This document shows positions 12,376 to 26,583 of a stretch of DNA of 64,000 nucleotides, in pieces. The notes below the pieces were generated by a model, which worked only from the letters and a program-made list of their open reading frames with translations, had not been told where the DNA came from and made no database searches. The stretch's first letter is position 1. Every line of letters starts with the position of its first letter. The DNA is from Botryllus schlosseri (lineage: Eukaryota): the NCBI GenBank assembly GCA_051294905.1, contig CM119372.1, positions 39,558,001 through 39,622,000 of the forward strand, given 5' to 3'. The position numbers and the translations under genes were made by a program.

Positions 12376-12794
12376 GTTTATACCATGTTCTGTAACTTAT
12401 AAATATTGTTTCTAAATTGATCGGTGAATGGTTCGCTATGTTTACACGTGATGCTAAGTGGATGTAGTCATATTAGACAATGAAAAAAGAGAGTTTATTT
12501 TCACGCCCCAAAGTTAACATCACTATTGAAATCGCGGATATCCTAATTTGGAGTGCAACAATAGCAAGAAGCAAGGTTTAAATCATGCGAAAACAATAAA
12601 GCTGAAGTTGTAGGGTTGGAGCGTGTTGTGATTTACCCTTATGTCACCCGCCACTGATTTATATCAACTCAAATTTACAAGCCTACCGCAAACAAGCAAT
12701 TCATCTGACTGCACTGCTATCCAAAACACCATTTGACTAACAATACCCACATCTAAACAACCATGTACAAAATTTCATCAATAGCCAAATGATA

Positions 12795-13041
12795 TATATA
12801 CAATGATTGAAAACTGCCACGCCCCTTAACGCTATAAGATAGGTTCCCGGCGAAATCAGTCCGCCGCGGCATATGCTTGAGCAGAGGTACGGGATTGCGT
12901 ATGTCGACTGTGGTGGAGTGCTGCAATCGACCTTGCTGGCGTACTAATTCACTGATTTTCCCCAATTGGTTTAGTTTTTGTTGGTTTCTTGAGCACAGTG
13001 AGGCAGTGCTGCATAATAGGATGTAATATAACTTTTAACAA
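12795..13041. repeat. Dispersed repeat; inverted copy at about 24550-24840
   Basis: caatgattgaaaactgccacgccccttaacgctataag...gcagtgctgcataataggatgtaa is the reverse complement of 24550-24830 with scattered mismatches. Confidence 0.8.
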
Positions 13042-14170
13042 GCTGCGAGGCATTTTAGCATCGGTTGCAACCATCCATGTACGACACAGCCTACAAAATT
13101 ACTAGATACTGTGGGTGAGCGTCAATATAGATGTGCAGAACCTGGAAGGATTGTTAAAAGAGGATTTGAAAATTTTCTGGCAGCATTTACGTCACCTGAT
13201 TTTTTAAAAGACAAGAGTTGATTACGGTAATTGTGTGAGCAACTAAGTTGTTTTAAATAGTATATATTGTAATATCGTGGGACCGAATTCACGAAGGGCC
13301 GAGTTCACTGGCAACCATAGTATCAATATAGTGATTGTACCTTCATAATATAAAATCGGAACTAACCGAAAACTATCATTTTACTGATTGCTAAAATGCT
13401 AACACATTCTAGGAGATCCCTGTTATCGTCCAACCATGAAATGTGTATATCTCGTAACCGTGAGACATCCTGTTCTAGAGTGATTTGCCTCTAGTATAAA
13501 ACTACTGATTCTATCGAAACAGTAGACTCATTTGCTAAACCTACTTGTAACAACGTCTGAAATATATTCGTATGTCTTGTGTATATCTGCGTCTTAAGAA
13601 GATCTCACCAGGATACAGGATTCCAGGTTAAGTAGTCAGCCAGCTAAACCTATATTACTTTGGTTAGCTATACTTCTACTCCCAGGAACAAATACCCTAT
13701 AACGTTGCAATATATAACTTTTTACCGGGTTAGGCCGTTGAATCCACATCAATGATGAGAATCGGCATTGTTCCAAACAATATTCCATCGGCGAAACAAT
13801 GCACTAGAATGACATTGAGGATAATCACTCCATAGTTGGTATTGCTCTCATCGATCTGGCGTGATATGTCGTACTCCTCTCAATAGTTGAATTTTCACAC
13901 CGGGGTGTCCGAAAACGTCTACCAATGCCCATTTATTCAAAATATACCTGGTAAACGTTTTGGCACTTCTTCGATATAAACTACACGTTGTCAAGTGTTC
14001 CCCATGAATTGCATGTAAACCTTACAAATTAACAAGGAGTACTCGTTAATATTGATAGCTGGAAGGATTGTACAAAATAGATGATCTATGCATTTGCGAG
14101 CAACATTCTATGGCGTCTTATTCATTGAAAGGTTAGGAAATGATTTTGTAACCTTCATCATTGTCTAGTG

Positions 14171-14816
14171 CAGTGGTTCCCAACCTTTCTGTCTAATTTC
14201 CCCACTTCAGATTTATTCCGAGCCTTCATTCCCCACCAGGACCGTAACAACACTTCGTCAGCCCCGCCAAAAAAACGTTGATCTTGGGCCCCCACAGGAT
14301 GATAAACGTGACTTCTGGGGGGTTTCGCCCCCCCCCCCCCAGAACCTCCTCAACCCCGCTGAGCCTGTATGCTTTTTCTCCGCTACTTATCAGCTACATT
14401 GGTTCTACTGTTCAGTGCGTCGCCTTATTTCGACTAAACGCGCGAGGCGCGAAAAATTTATATATTTCGTGTTTGAATCGGTAAATATAAATAAAACGCT
14501 TTGTGAAACAATAACAGTTATGCTCAAAATTTCGCGTAAGCGTTATTTCACGTCAAATTAGTCGCGATGTATGTGTTACTGACGCCATGATTGACCATCC
14601 AGAGTTAAAAATGAGGTTTTGTGAACAACACGCAATACAATTTTCGATACATACATTCCAGAGTAGTTGAGTTAACTGGTAACGGTAATTGCGCATGTGT
14701 GTCCGTGAATATGTAGACTTGTCCTGTATATGATTTTGAACAAATGCATCTATTCCCCACCAGAAACCATTTAATTCCCCACCAGTGGGGAATTCCTCAC
14801 CGTTTGGGAACCACTG
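14171..14816. mobile_element. hAT-type MITE with TTCCCCAC subterminal repeats
   Basis: TIR CAGTGGTTCCCAA; perfect TSD gtctagtg. Confidence 0.9.
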
Positions 14817-15025
14817 GTCTAGTGTGTACGTCTATGGTATTTTATGTATAACAATCATAACTTTTCGCTATCGTCATCACGCTTTATGACCTGATCATGA
14901 GCATCAACGTGCATTTGTATGTACTGCTGCCTCAAGTACCCAGGTTATTTTTGCAGCAATGTAACTCCACAATCCTCCATCTCTCTCTTGATTATGTTCA
15001 TTGCTCATATATATTGCATATGCGA

Positions 15026-16201
15026 TAGGGATGGTGTGAACGTGAGGTTCACGTTCGCGTTCTGTGTGTGAACCTCGGAAATTTAGAGGTTCACGTTCAC
15101 AACAGAACCTTGGTAGGTTCTGCACTGTGAACCTTTTTCATATGTTACAATTTTCACTTCATTATAACATAGCTGGTTTCAATTTATTGCATGTTAACGG
15201 CAGGTCAATCTATTCATGGCGCTGGCAGCATAAAAAATCGACACTAAACGAGCATGCACCGTGACAATCTCAAAAGTTTTGCTTGCTTAGTTGCAAAAGT
15301 TTGCTCGAAAGATCCAGCTTTCCGTTTGTAAATATTTAATGACTCTCTGCTGCGAGCTTGACCCGCAATCACAAAACATCACGAGCGAAATAAGCTATGT
15401 AGTCAGAGAATGATGCTTATTCAATCAATCAATGAGATTGATATCGTTTTCTGATGTAAAAAACTAGCAGGCTTACAGGGTCACTCTTAACTTCATGTTT
15501 ACTGTATCATTAAAACCAAATCGGTGCGATTGACTGAAAGACTTGTTAATGGGGCAATATCATTAGCAAGCATAGATACTCGTTTCACACTCTGCTCAAT
15601 ATCAATATATGATGTCGAATACATTTTCCGGTCTCATATGAAAAGGTGATTCGAGTTTGACTTAAGTAAAGTCATGACTCGAGTCATCCCAACACTGCTA
15701 CAAGGCTATATCTGCATCTTCCTTGCCTGGCGGCATATGCACATCATGTACTCATGGTGAGCATATCGCAGATAGTGTGTATTTATGTCATGATTCGGTG
15801 TATATGCGGCAAAAACATCAAGGACAACAATAAACTACTTCCTTTCCTGTCATTATATTCCCTGGTAAGTCCTCATTGAAATTGTTGGCAAAGCGGCGGA
15901 AGATATTGATTTTACGAGATTATTATATCATTTGATTTCCCCAGTTGATACATTTGGCGACGACTAAAGCGTCAGTATAGGATACTTCAGCATTGAGACA
16001 TTATGTCGCCCGAATCGTCGCTAGGTATCATGTACAATCTGTACATTACTGTAGGCTATCATTTCATTGAAGGATAGGGTTGGAATTGGCAATGTGACGT
16101 CACGTGACGTCAGGAGGTTCACGTTCGTGTTCACACAGAACCTTTCAAAAAGGTTCGCGTTCACACGAACCTGAACCTTTCAGAGGTTCACACCATCCCT
16201 A
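15026..16201. mobile_element. MITE with GGTTCACGTTC/GAACCT subterminal repeats
   Basis: TIR TAGGGATGGTGTGAAC/GTTCACACCATCCCTA; TSD not clearly preserved. Confidence 0.8.
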
Positions 16202-17044
16202 TTGCGGTAATACGGAAAATACTTGACGGCTTTAATATTTAACTTCATTTCAATTGTAGTTGACTGGCAAAACTGTGGCATCCCAAATTCCCATTCTGTA
16301 AATGTCTAATGCATAAATTTTTTACAGGACCGTTATTGACCAATTTAAAAATTGTAGTCCATTCTAACTTTAAAGAAAAGATTGTCCGTGTATTGAAACA
16401 GTCGCAAAACAACCCACCACCGCGAGGAAATTGAAATTAATTTAGGGGTCCTAATAAAAGTGCAAATCATTATCTTATGGGATTCTGGCACGCCGGGCAG
16501 TCCATGAGAAGCAACCATGTGATATTCCACTCTGCTTCAGACATTGAGATATTTTCAAAGATTGTAGTCAAAATGAATAATACTTTGACGATTGGTGCCG
16601 GATTGGATTGATAATCACAGGATCGATTGATGCAGAAAAAAATAGTCTTGCTGAAAGACTATGCAATATGCATATTATTCGAGTGCGAGAGGTGAGGAGA
16701 TGGACACTACAATGCAATCTGTGGATAATTTTGTGTGCCTTCTGAATACGACAACCAAGTTCTGCTACAACTGCCATTTTAAGTGATATTGCATTACAGA
16801 TAATATTGTTTCACTTGTACTAGCTGGAGAAAGATATGCTGCTACTGAAAAACTGGGGATATTCTTTTGCCGCAGAAACAGCAACGCAATTCGTGAGCAG
16901 GGAAGCTTATCAAGGAGACAAGAAAACAACAACAACGATAAATTTGATACGGACATTTTTGCCAATCCATCGAGCAGACTACCTCATTATCACCAAAAGA
17001 TTGATCCGTTATTGGAATCATTTTTAGCCGGATCAGGGAATCTG

Positions 17045-18251
17045 CAGTGACGTGCGGTGAGGCTCATGACTGGTGAGGCCCGCGACTACCCCCCCCCCCC
17101 CCCCCCCACACATACACACATACAAAAGATCAACACGCACGTAAAGAGACTTGAACTGTGAATAACAACAGCAGCAGGTATATAGAGCATTATCTTTGCA
17201 CACTGGTAGCCGCATTCTATAATACATGTAGGACTGGTCGCTATTGTGCTAAATGGGCATGTTTAGACAAATAATAATTACTATCTCTTCAAGTAGGCCT
17301 TCCGGTATAAATTATTCGAAGAACATGAAAAAAGCATCCTCAGTTACAAATTTTATTCAGTAACGAAACACTAGATTTGCCGAATTTCGAAAGAAAATGC
17401 ACTATAGGTCATGTCAAAATACACTAGATCTAGTGTTTAGGAGTAGCAACACTACCAAAAACAACAACGCAGGCTTTGTAAGTATGGTATACCAATCACA
17501 TACCACAATTAACGGTTAAAGGGATTGCAGTCGAACACAGCATTAAGGACTCAAACAACGACAATGCGGCCTAGATGCAAGTAGCTATCACATACCACAA
17601 TTTAACGTAGCTATGGGTGCAGAATACATAACAACTGCATAATAAGTATGGGAATGTATTGGCTTCGCATTACGCATTGGCCGTCGGCCCGTCGCTTCAA
17701 TCTTATATAATTCGTACAAGACTGTTGGATTCCGAAATCGATAGCGCGTTTCACTGCGTTTCGATTGCCCAACTGTTAGCGAATAGTGCATGAAGCAGAT
17801 TCGTTTGTGCCTCACCTAGGAATTGTTTCTCTACGATGGCATTGTCTGTAATAAAGGCGAAGGTCAACTGCATTGGCGATTTTGGGGGGTTTTGGTGCTC
17901 TGACACTGTTAATATTTAGATTGGCGGAATCAGTGTGACTATAGCATTTCATTGATTCCAGTTATTAAGAACTCCGAGCTATTTATGATGAATTGCTTCG
18001 TTGCAGGTGAGGCATGACTCGTCCGTGCCTCACCTGTGCCTCACCTCTCCTTTCGCGCTGTATTTTTGAATAATAATGATGCAAATTGATGATGTTGGGT
18101 GGAAAAATTTTCCAATTTAGTTATTTATGAACATCGATGTGTAACATCAGTATAATCATCGACTCATGGAGGGGTTTCACAATTTTCACTTACACATCCA
18201 GACGACAGGTAAGGCACTGCCTCACCTGCCTCATTGGACCGCACGTCACTG
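17045..18251. mobile_element. hAT-type MITE with GGTGAGGC/GCCTCACC motifs
   Basis: TIR CAGTGACGTGCGGT/ACCGCACGTCACTG; TSD ggaatctg/gaaatctg (1 mismatch). Confidence 0.88.
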
Positions 18252-20958
18252 GAAATCTGGTTGTACCTGCGATATGGTAATTTTCAAAGAATAATTGAGT
18301 TCTAAAGAGGCTTGAAACATACTAGTGTTCAAATGCCATGGTACTTGATGCTTCAATGCCCTCCAATGCTCAACGTCATGTAAACTTGCTGCTCTACCAT
18401 CCAACTGCAGTCCTGTTATTGTCATTAAGAGAGAATAAGAAAGCTCGAAAAAATAACATTTGAGAATATATATTTTTGTTACGTGACAAGAAACATTAAC
18501 GTTTTCAACTATTAGGCACAGTTATTCGATTGTTCATAATAGCACAGCACAGTTTCATAAATTACAACAAAAATAGATGCACACAGTACACTTATCGAAT
18601 GGCTTAAACATAGGTATATCTGATATTGTAATTTGCATAAACATGAAAATCCCTTTTTGCTACATATTGACTTGACTTAAATGCTTTCCGCTGACTAAGA
18701 TTTTGGTTCTTGTTATTCTGAATTTAGATGACAACAAGTCTGATATAATAACAAAAGTTGTTTATGCAGTTTTTAAGTGTTACAGTAAATGAAATATCTA
18801 TACCCTGTATAAAATTCTCAATGATATTATGGTGTTGGCATCCTCATTGACATTTAGTCACGACTAGCATCAGCGCATTTAGGAGTCCATGAAGAGGTGA
18901 GGTATTTAGGCTGTTCAAAATCCTGCTTCTGTAATACCCATCCGATGACACATTGTTATGACGCTCGGATTTGATCAACTTCTTCCATGATCACCTCGAC
19001 TGTTGAAGGAATAGATGGTGATGTGTAAGTCCGGAAATTTGTTGAGTGAAGGAGATTGTTAGACAGTCTCTATTCCGTCCCATTCTTCGAATTCACCATC
19101 TTGCAAGTCAACTATGATTGTAAGAGTTGACAAACTGGACATGGACATCATTACAATTAAATGACTATACAAAGCATATGCTGTGAAAAATCATTTATAT
19201 ATCATTGGCTGTGAACAAGTCTATCAAACCTGAAATGGACAGTGGCAGGAACTTTCTACCTATTGTGGGTCTGGGTCGCTCTTCCGCACACATACACTTA
19301 TAAGATATACCATCATATCATGGTAGATAGTAGTCATGAATTAGTTTGAAAAAGTAGGTTAAGACCAGATTTTGCAGACGTTTGTTTGTCAATTGGATAT
19401 TGAAATCTACTTGGTGAAGCAGAAAATGAACGGTCTGAAAATTACACGAGTAGTATGAAGAAATGAGTTAGACTAGACTTTGTATACATCTGTTAGTCAA
19501 TTGTATACTGCATCTACAAGCTGCTGACGATTACTCCTGATAAGTATCAAACAAAATTATTCGGATTTATTCAATTGTATATAGGAGCAATCGAAAATGC
19601 TTACGTCATTTTTCCAAAATTGTGGGGTCATTGCTGTCGCAATGATTCACTTGTGCTGAAATGAAATATTATTACCGGAAAAACAATTTCGGAGTGCAAA
19701 CGAACTGAAACACACGGTTTTTATCAATAAATGGCGCAAACGGTACGATCAATACAATATGTCATCGAAACTTGAATGAGTGCTTCATTTACAACCACCA
19801 GGTACTACTTATGCCATCTTAATTTTCAGCCGTTACGTAATCGACGCGGGCGAATCTATTTCGATTCTCGCCTGTAGCCAAAGCATCGGAGGTTAATTTG
19901 TGTTTACGGTGAGCGGTATTTACGGTGAGCACAACAATAATAAATAAACAAAGAATCGGTCACCGTAAATACTATTTTATTCGAATCCAAATTTTTCGAC
20001 GGCAATAACTCTGCTTCCACCGGTTGGAATTGAACCAAATTAGGTGAGCATCGTTTCTATAGACAGCCTAACACTTTGATGGGGTGAACAGGAAATTTTC
20101 AATTTTTTTATTATTTATTTGTATATAATGGATAGAAACTTTCTTCTCCTGTAGCAAAGCGGTTACTGGCTGAAATTGAACCAAATTTTGTGTATAGGCT
20201 TAAATTAGGTAGCCTCACAATTTTATAAAGTAGCCAGTACGATTTGAGAACTAAGTCATTTTTGAAGAGCCCTAATATACACAAATAGTAGCCTATGATG
20301 TTATTTTCAAGAATGGTCATTTTGTTGCTGTTTATCAGTAGATCGCAGCTGATATTTGCTCAGGACAGATGCTGGTTCCACGGTAATATAGATTAATTTG
20401 AACAAAATCTTTGGGGTCCGCGGGGGTCCGTGACGCTCCAAAGGGGCCTGTGAAGGTTGAGAACCACTATGGCCTAGGCCTGAGATTACTCCAAGTCGCT
20501 TTGACACCTTCCTACTTTTTTCACTGTATCGCATTTTTGTGGTGCATTGAACTGTTATAAATTGCCAATAAACCAATCATGATGAATCGGATTAGGATTT
20601 GAAGCTTCGGATTTGGATTGGATTAGAACACTGAAATTTCAAATCCGCTCATCTCTGTTTAATGGCGTTTACCATATTTTGGAATCGGGATAGGAGGATG
20701 TGTGTCCAACAAATTACTGCTCAAAAAATTTGGTGTCCTAAACATAAAATAAATGCGGAAAGTATAAATTGCAAAGTTTATGTATCAGTTCCACCGCGGC
20801 CACTGCCCCGAACACTTCAATGACTTCTTTACCTCGATCGGTAGCAAAAGTGCGTAAGTAGCCTACGACACACGCGCGTCCACGTCGTCCAACTATCATA
20901 TGGTTGACGAAAAAGATCATCGCTCTATCAAATATGCAGGACCTGTGTGGAAAGAGCA

Positions 20959-21640
20959 TAGCCAACTGCAATGGCGTAACCATGCCTCATTCTTCGAAAA
21001 GGCAACTTTTGACTTGAATTGTGACTTGACTCGTGACTTAACTTGACTTGACTTGACTCGACTCTGAGTATATTCACTGAGATATCGCGGTCCAAGCTTA
21101 ACACTTCAAGAGTGTGAACTAGCAAATGTGCAGACAACCGTTAGTTGAACGGTACGCAGTTATGCGAAACGTGATCCATTTAAAAAAAAATAATCAATTG
21201 AGCGAGATTGTTGTAACTGAATCTTTCATGGCGTAACTGTTTTGTATTTTGCGCTATGTTTGCACATCAATCACGAATTTCCTTTGCCGGAAACTCAAAC
21301 TCACGGATCCTCGGATAATTGAAATTAGCGATTGATTTTTGAAAATGCAAGCACAGAACAACGATCACGCACTTAGTATGCGAGATAGTATGATATATAT
21401 CATGACTTTCAAAGTTTTCCTGTTATGTATTTCTCCTTATCCACCAAGGCATAACAAGGTAAAAATGCCTACGTGGAACTATATCTCATTTTTATTAAAG
21501 AAATAGTCAAATGCTCTGAAAGCCTCTTGGGCAATGTGATCTCTTGTAATTCGTCGTGAATATGTGGTGGTTGGTCGACGAGGTGACACGTATAATGCAA
21601 TGATACGATTCCAACATGAAGAAGTAGATGAATAATGCGG
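20959..21640. repeat. About 680-bp dispersed repeat containing GACTT arrays; uninterrupted paralogue of 40241-40264 plus 47201-47868
   Basis: Near-identical direct repeat from tagccaactgcaatggcgtaac through gaataatgcgg. Confidence 0.9.
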
Positions 21641-22882
21641 GGCAGTAAACGAATTGTAGCTAACTGGGTTATGGGCAGTAATGTACCGCAGAACGGGATA
21701 GCCAATGGAAGCCTTTTCAGCGCTTTGCTGTTTGCGGTCATGAATAATGATCATTAGGTTTTCGTACACCCTAGGCGTGTACCAAAATTTCAAAAGGGTG
21801 TACCACTCACATGGGGTGTACAGGAGTGTACCAGATCCGAATTAAAATGGACCGATGACTATATAGCTATTACAATAAACAGGCAATTATATGCTTCAGA
21901 ACATCAATATGTTGATCAGGCGTGCATTATCGTAAAACATGTTCATATCAGCTGTACGAGCTTGTAAGCTATATTCCTTTCGGTGTATCATAAGCATTTG
22001 TTTGTGAACATTACCTAAATGTTGGCATGGGCTTTTTGATTCCTTTTGGAGTAGAAAATGATGGACCTGACATGTGTTCCGCTTGCAATATCCTTCTATA
22101 ATGATGCTTGAGGAAACCACTGCGACGGTTCAGAAATATTGAATTTGTACTTTCTGTAAGCTCCTTATAAATAGCGCAGTGTACATCATTACAGGGGCGT
22201 AGCCAGGGTGTCTCGATGGGGTCTAGTTTGAGAACCACTGTGCTAGCTAGTGGTCCGGATCCTCGAGCCCTGATTAGTATGTAGCATTTCAAATACGTTG
22301 CAGCATTGTTCATCCTTATTTCAACAGGCAAGCACCTGCAGACATACGGTCGCATGCAGCCGTTAAACAATATTTATGCAAAACATATTTATTAAATTAG
22401 AGTGTGTTTTGGCGTCCGTAAATATGAAACTGGAATTAACGAATAGGTTCTCAAATCTTTGAGAGATTTTAAACTTGCAAATTTTATGCACGCTTGCGCG
22501 ATTCAGGGGACCAGGATTTTTTGTATTTTATAAATAGCGTAATCTGAGTCCCACCGAACAAATGCAAACCGTTAGAGGAAAATGATGCACCCCATAAAGA
22601 AATACCAAGACGGATTCGTATGCGTGTATGCCTACACCCCCTCCATCAGCTCCATCGCTTAATCATTCACGTGTGCCAAGAATGGATAAATAGTTTACAG
22701 TAGGCTAATATATGAAACTACCCATATTATAGACGAAATAAATCATCCGCACATGTAAAAGTTTTTAGCGCCCGCGCGACTACTGTTACAATTAAAAACT
22801 GCTATACGCAAGGTATTATGCCTCAAGAAATAAGTGATGGCGCAGAACACCACAAGCGCTCTCCGCGGTGTGAAGTTTCCAG

Positions 22883-23190
22883 TAATATTATTAATATTAC
22901 AACACACAACAGTGGTGCTTATAGCCCGATTGGGGCTTTGTGCTCCACGAGATCACATTTATCAAACAGTTCAATGCATTTCTTCATGTTCAATTGCTCT
23001 TTCGCTCCCTCAGTAGTCTCTATGTTCTAGGCTTTCATCGGTTCTTTTTTTCGTCGACTCATAGCTCCACCAACTGTCATATCTGGGCTTTTTGAGTCAC
23101 CACGATTGCAGTGAGGTCGGCGATGAGGAGCCTATATAACCTCCGTCACATAGAAGTTACTCCAAATCGGGGTTCGAAACACGTCGGTCT
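22883..23190 (-). mobile_element. 5'-truncated SINE copy (same family as 48051-48450)
   Basis: Reverse complement has B-box gtttcgaacccc, core ttctatgtgacggaggtt..ctcctcatcgccga, 3' aatgcattgaactgt..gcacaaagcc and an (AAT)-rich tail. Confidence 0.75.
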
Positions 23191-24093
23191 TGGGCCCCCA
23201 TAGCGTCATAAACCAAACAGTAGACCCCTCATCACGGTCTACGTTTTACCCGCTACTTTCTCAGCGAAATTTGTTATACACGTTAGTGGGCTAGTTTATA
23301 GCGTAAGATCGCTCGAGGCGTGAAATTTTCTATAATTCGTGATTGTCTGCGTCAATATTATCAGAAATTGCTGACATAGTGTTGAAAATTTTGTTATTCT
23401 CTCCCTCTGTACAGGTAATCAGATTTACTTCAAGATTTATATTCAAAATGAAATATTTTGGAAAATGTAGGGCCCGTAAATAAAAATAGTTCGGGCGGAA
23501 TCCTAGGTCCCTTTGAGGTTTTCAGTCAGCACAGGGGAGGTCCTTTTTGACCAATGTTTTCTCGCTGCCGATCATTCTGGCACACTTCTAGGATCACATT
23601 TTGTTACATGACCTAAAACTTCATATGTCTTGGAGCGTCGTGGCGCGGTGATGGCCGACACCGAAATGCCCATTGCCATTGATCTTGCATATTTTTCTTG
23701 GGTAAGGCTACCCAATAATCAAGAAATTTGACATTGAATCGAGCGTAGGGCGAAAAAAATTGAATGAAGTTAAATGAATTTTAAAAATATACTCGATAAT
23801 TCATGTTTATTCAAGAAATAATTTTGGGACCCCTTCGAGCTCCCCCCCCCCAATCGACGGGTTTGGGTGCGGCAGTTAGAGTTCTGATTATATCACGTCC
23901 AGATGAGCCATTACGACCGGAATGCGGTACACGTACACAAATTAAGATATGATCATATGAAGTTGTACAACTAGAGATTTTGAGAGGGTTAAGGGGCTGG
24001 TGCGGAGCAGTGAAACCACGTTTGATCGTAGTGCAACAGCGTGTGATGTTTTACAGTAGTTATTAGTTAATGCAAAGCTACTTGATTCGACAG

Positions 24094-24281
24094 GATATTT
24101 TTCTGACCATTGGTGTTTCTATTGCGAGCTGTGTGAGGAACTTCTCAAAGATCAAACTGATTAAGTCTTATTTACGTTCTACCATGAATGATGTCCGGCT
24201 GTCAGCTGTATCCATTCTGTCTATAGAAAGAGACTACGTTCAAAAACTTGAATTTGAGCGTATAATCGCTGATTTTGCTTT
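24094..24281 (+). pseudogene. hAT transposase C-terminal (dimerisation-region) fragment
   Basis: IFLTIGVSIASCVRNFSKIKLIKSYLRSTMNDVRLSAVSILSIERDYVQKLEFERIIADFA matches the hAT/ZMYM1-like pattern SxERSFSKLKLIKxYLRSTM..RL..L.ILSIE; no upstream transposase ORF; a GC-rich element end follows at about 24460-24517. Confidence 0.85.
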
Positions 24282-25715
24282 GAGGCGGCTATTGATTTTC
24301 TATTTGCACAGTAAATTCTTTCGCTATTTCTTGTCTTTATTATTTTGGGCCTCATCAACGTTGAGGTTGTGAGGCTGAGACGCGGCAAATTATTTGTAAA
24401 TATTTTTATTGACAAGATTGCTTGAACAGGAATCCATGTCGAAATTTTTTGCGGTCTTCTTAGGGGGCGGCATTTCAAGTAAAGCCAGGGGCGGCAGCAC
24501 ATGCTGCTACGCCAGCGCTCGCAGCTCGTCGGTACTTTGATAAATATGCATTGTTAAAAGTTATGTTACATCCTAGTATGCAGCACTGCCTCACTATGCT
24601 CAAGAAACCAACAAAAACTATACCAATGTTGAAATCAGTAAATTAGTACGCCAGCAAGGTCGATTGCAGCGCGCTCCACCACAGTTGACATACGCAATCC
24701 CGTACCTGTGCTCAAGCATATCCCGCGACGGACTAATTTCGCCAGGAACCTTATAGAATCTAGAATCTAGAACTCTAGAACCTAGAATCTTATAGCGTTA
24801 AGGGGCGTGGAAGTTTCCAATCATTGTATATGTATATATATCATCGCAGAACAGCATTGTCAAAAAGTGAAATTAAAAGGTGTGGTCGATAAAGCATCAA
24901 ATTAGCTTTAATGCGATGCGTACCTGAGATTGTTTTCTTGGTGTTTGCTGAAAGGCACATTGGTGCTTGAGCTTTCCAAGTCTTCCATACTGTTATGACG
25001 TCATCACGAGTGATACTCGAATAGTCGACTCAAGTCGAAGTCAAATACTTAATTCAGAATAGACTCACACAGATATTAGATTTTGTTCCGCCTTATTAAC
25101 GGCATACTACTGTTCCTGCTTTTCTACCAGTCTACCTTTCTGCTCTCATTGCACATTAAGCTTCGAATGTGTTAATAATGCGATAAAAACAATTTACCTT
25201 ATATGATGCGTTCTGCAATCAACTTTTATCAATGACCAGATATTTTAGCTACGGCTTATATTAATAGGTCAGATGGTTGCAGGAGTTGCTATCATCTATC
25301 AGCAATCCATTGGCGATAGAATCGTACGTTTTAAGCGAGTGAAATTAATCGGCTTCCATCGCAAACTGAACATGCGATCATAATATATCAGCCACAACTC
25401 GTAGATACGGCATCGCTGAATAACATAGTATTGTCCATTTATTTATCACAATAATTTCGGTATGACAGGAACTCATAAATAATAACACCAATGCATTACA
25501 TTCACTATTCGGGTAACATGAGCACAAATGCATTTTCTGAGGGCGACTTCTATTTTAAAATATTGACTGGTATATAGAAAAGACGAAATACGACATCGAA
25601 GTATATATATATTAGTGGCATGTAAACTTTGCAATTTCAATGAGTTGTATTCCATTGCAACGTTCGACTCTTCCAGTCTCGTTATGTTCCTTTAGATATT
25701 AAAAGTATGAAGATG

Positions 25716-25781
25716 TCAGCCACCATTCCAACTATAACGAATAATGCATACTTCGAGTTCAGATACGCATTCATACATATC
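25716..25781 (-). CDS. Candidate last exon of a small secreted peptide gene (DMYECVSELEVCIIRYSWNGG*)
   Basis: Good acceptor ttttcatttatag|; C-x6-C motif mirrors that of exon 26584-26748; AATAAA on the minus strand at 25438-25443. Confidence 0.4.
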   Translation of the reverse strand, partial: DMYECVSELEVCIIRYSWNGG

Positions 25782-25984
25782 CTATAAATGAAAACTGATT
25801 TTGGTCTACCATCAAATATATGTAATCTTCCGTTCGTTTCGAGAGTCATTTATCATATTTCGAATATTTTAGAAACGCCTTTTGCATCTCATTGCGCCCA
25901 CTGATAAGATAAGGATATAGCATGCATATAAATTCGTATTAGAAAACGTAGGTCATTTCGATAATGTGCATTCGACCTGTAAGA

Positions 25985-26535
25985 TAGGGCTGTTCAAATA
26001 TAGCTTCTTTGAGATTCCAGGGATTCACTGACAGGTTACCTAAAAAAACGCTGTGCACCAAATTTGACTCAATTCTGACCAGAGGAAATTGGAATTTTTG
26101 AATGTATTAAAAAATGAAAAAGAATTCCACCAAATTTTATTGTCATTCCCATGGAATGTTTAATTAAGTTGCCGAAAAGAACGTGAATAACAATTTTTGC
26201 TCAACGCGCAGTTATTGCAGCTGAAAGTTTTGGATTTGCAAAAGCAGAATGGAATTGTGGGTAATCCCAGAATTATTGACGACGAACTCACATAATTTCG
26301 CTTCTACGTGTCGCAATTGCGTCGAATTTATTTTGTATTGTTTTTGTGGACAATTTAACAATTTTTGAGTTTTTTAAAGATTTGTTAGGTAAATTTAAAA
26401 ATTACAATTGACTCTGCGGCGACCTCTGCTGACTGCAATTCAGCCAAATTTTGTGTGCTGCCTTTTTTAGGCAATCTAACAATTTAATCAGCTAATCCCG
26501 GGAATCCGAAAAATTAGTTTTTGTGAACAACCCTA
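25985..26535. mobile_element. Foldback-type MITE, diverged relative of 28358-28895, lying in the peptide-gene intron
   Basis: Termini TAGGGCTGTTCA/TGAACAACCCTA; arms share aaaaaacgctg..caccaaatttg with the family. Confidence 0.75.
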
Positions 26536-26583
26536 TCTGTCTAGCAATCAATGCCTATACTGAGCCGTGATGGCTATACTCAC

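Noticed and set aside
13727..14020. Possible upstream FReD exon or separate gene on the minus strand
   Set aside because: Short open frames only; no convincing splice pair or motif.
22919..23082. Minus-strand frame ...KKCIELFDKCDL..., first considered as exon 2 of the secreted peptide gene
   Set aside because: It contains an internal stop and aligns with the body and 3' end of the SINE at 48051-48450, so it is repeat-derived. It also shows that C-x6-C can arise by chance.
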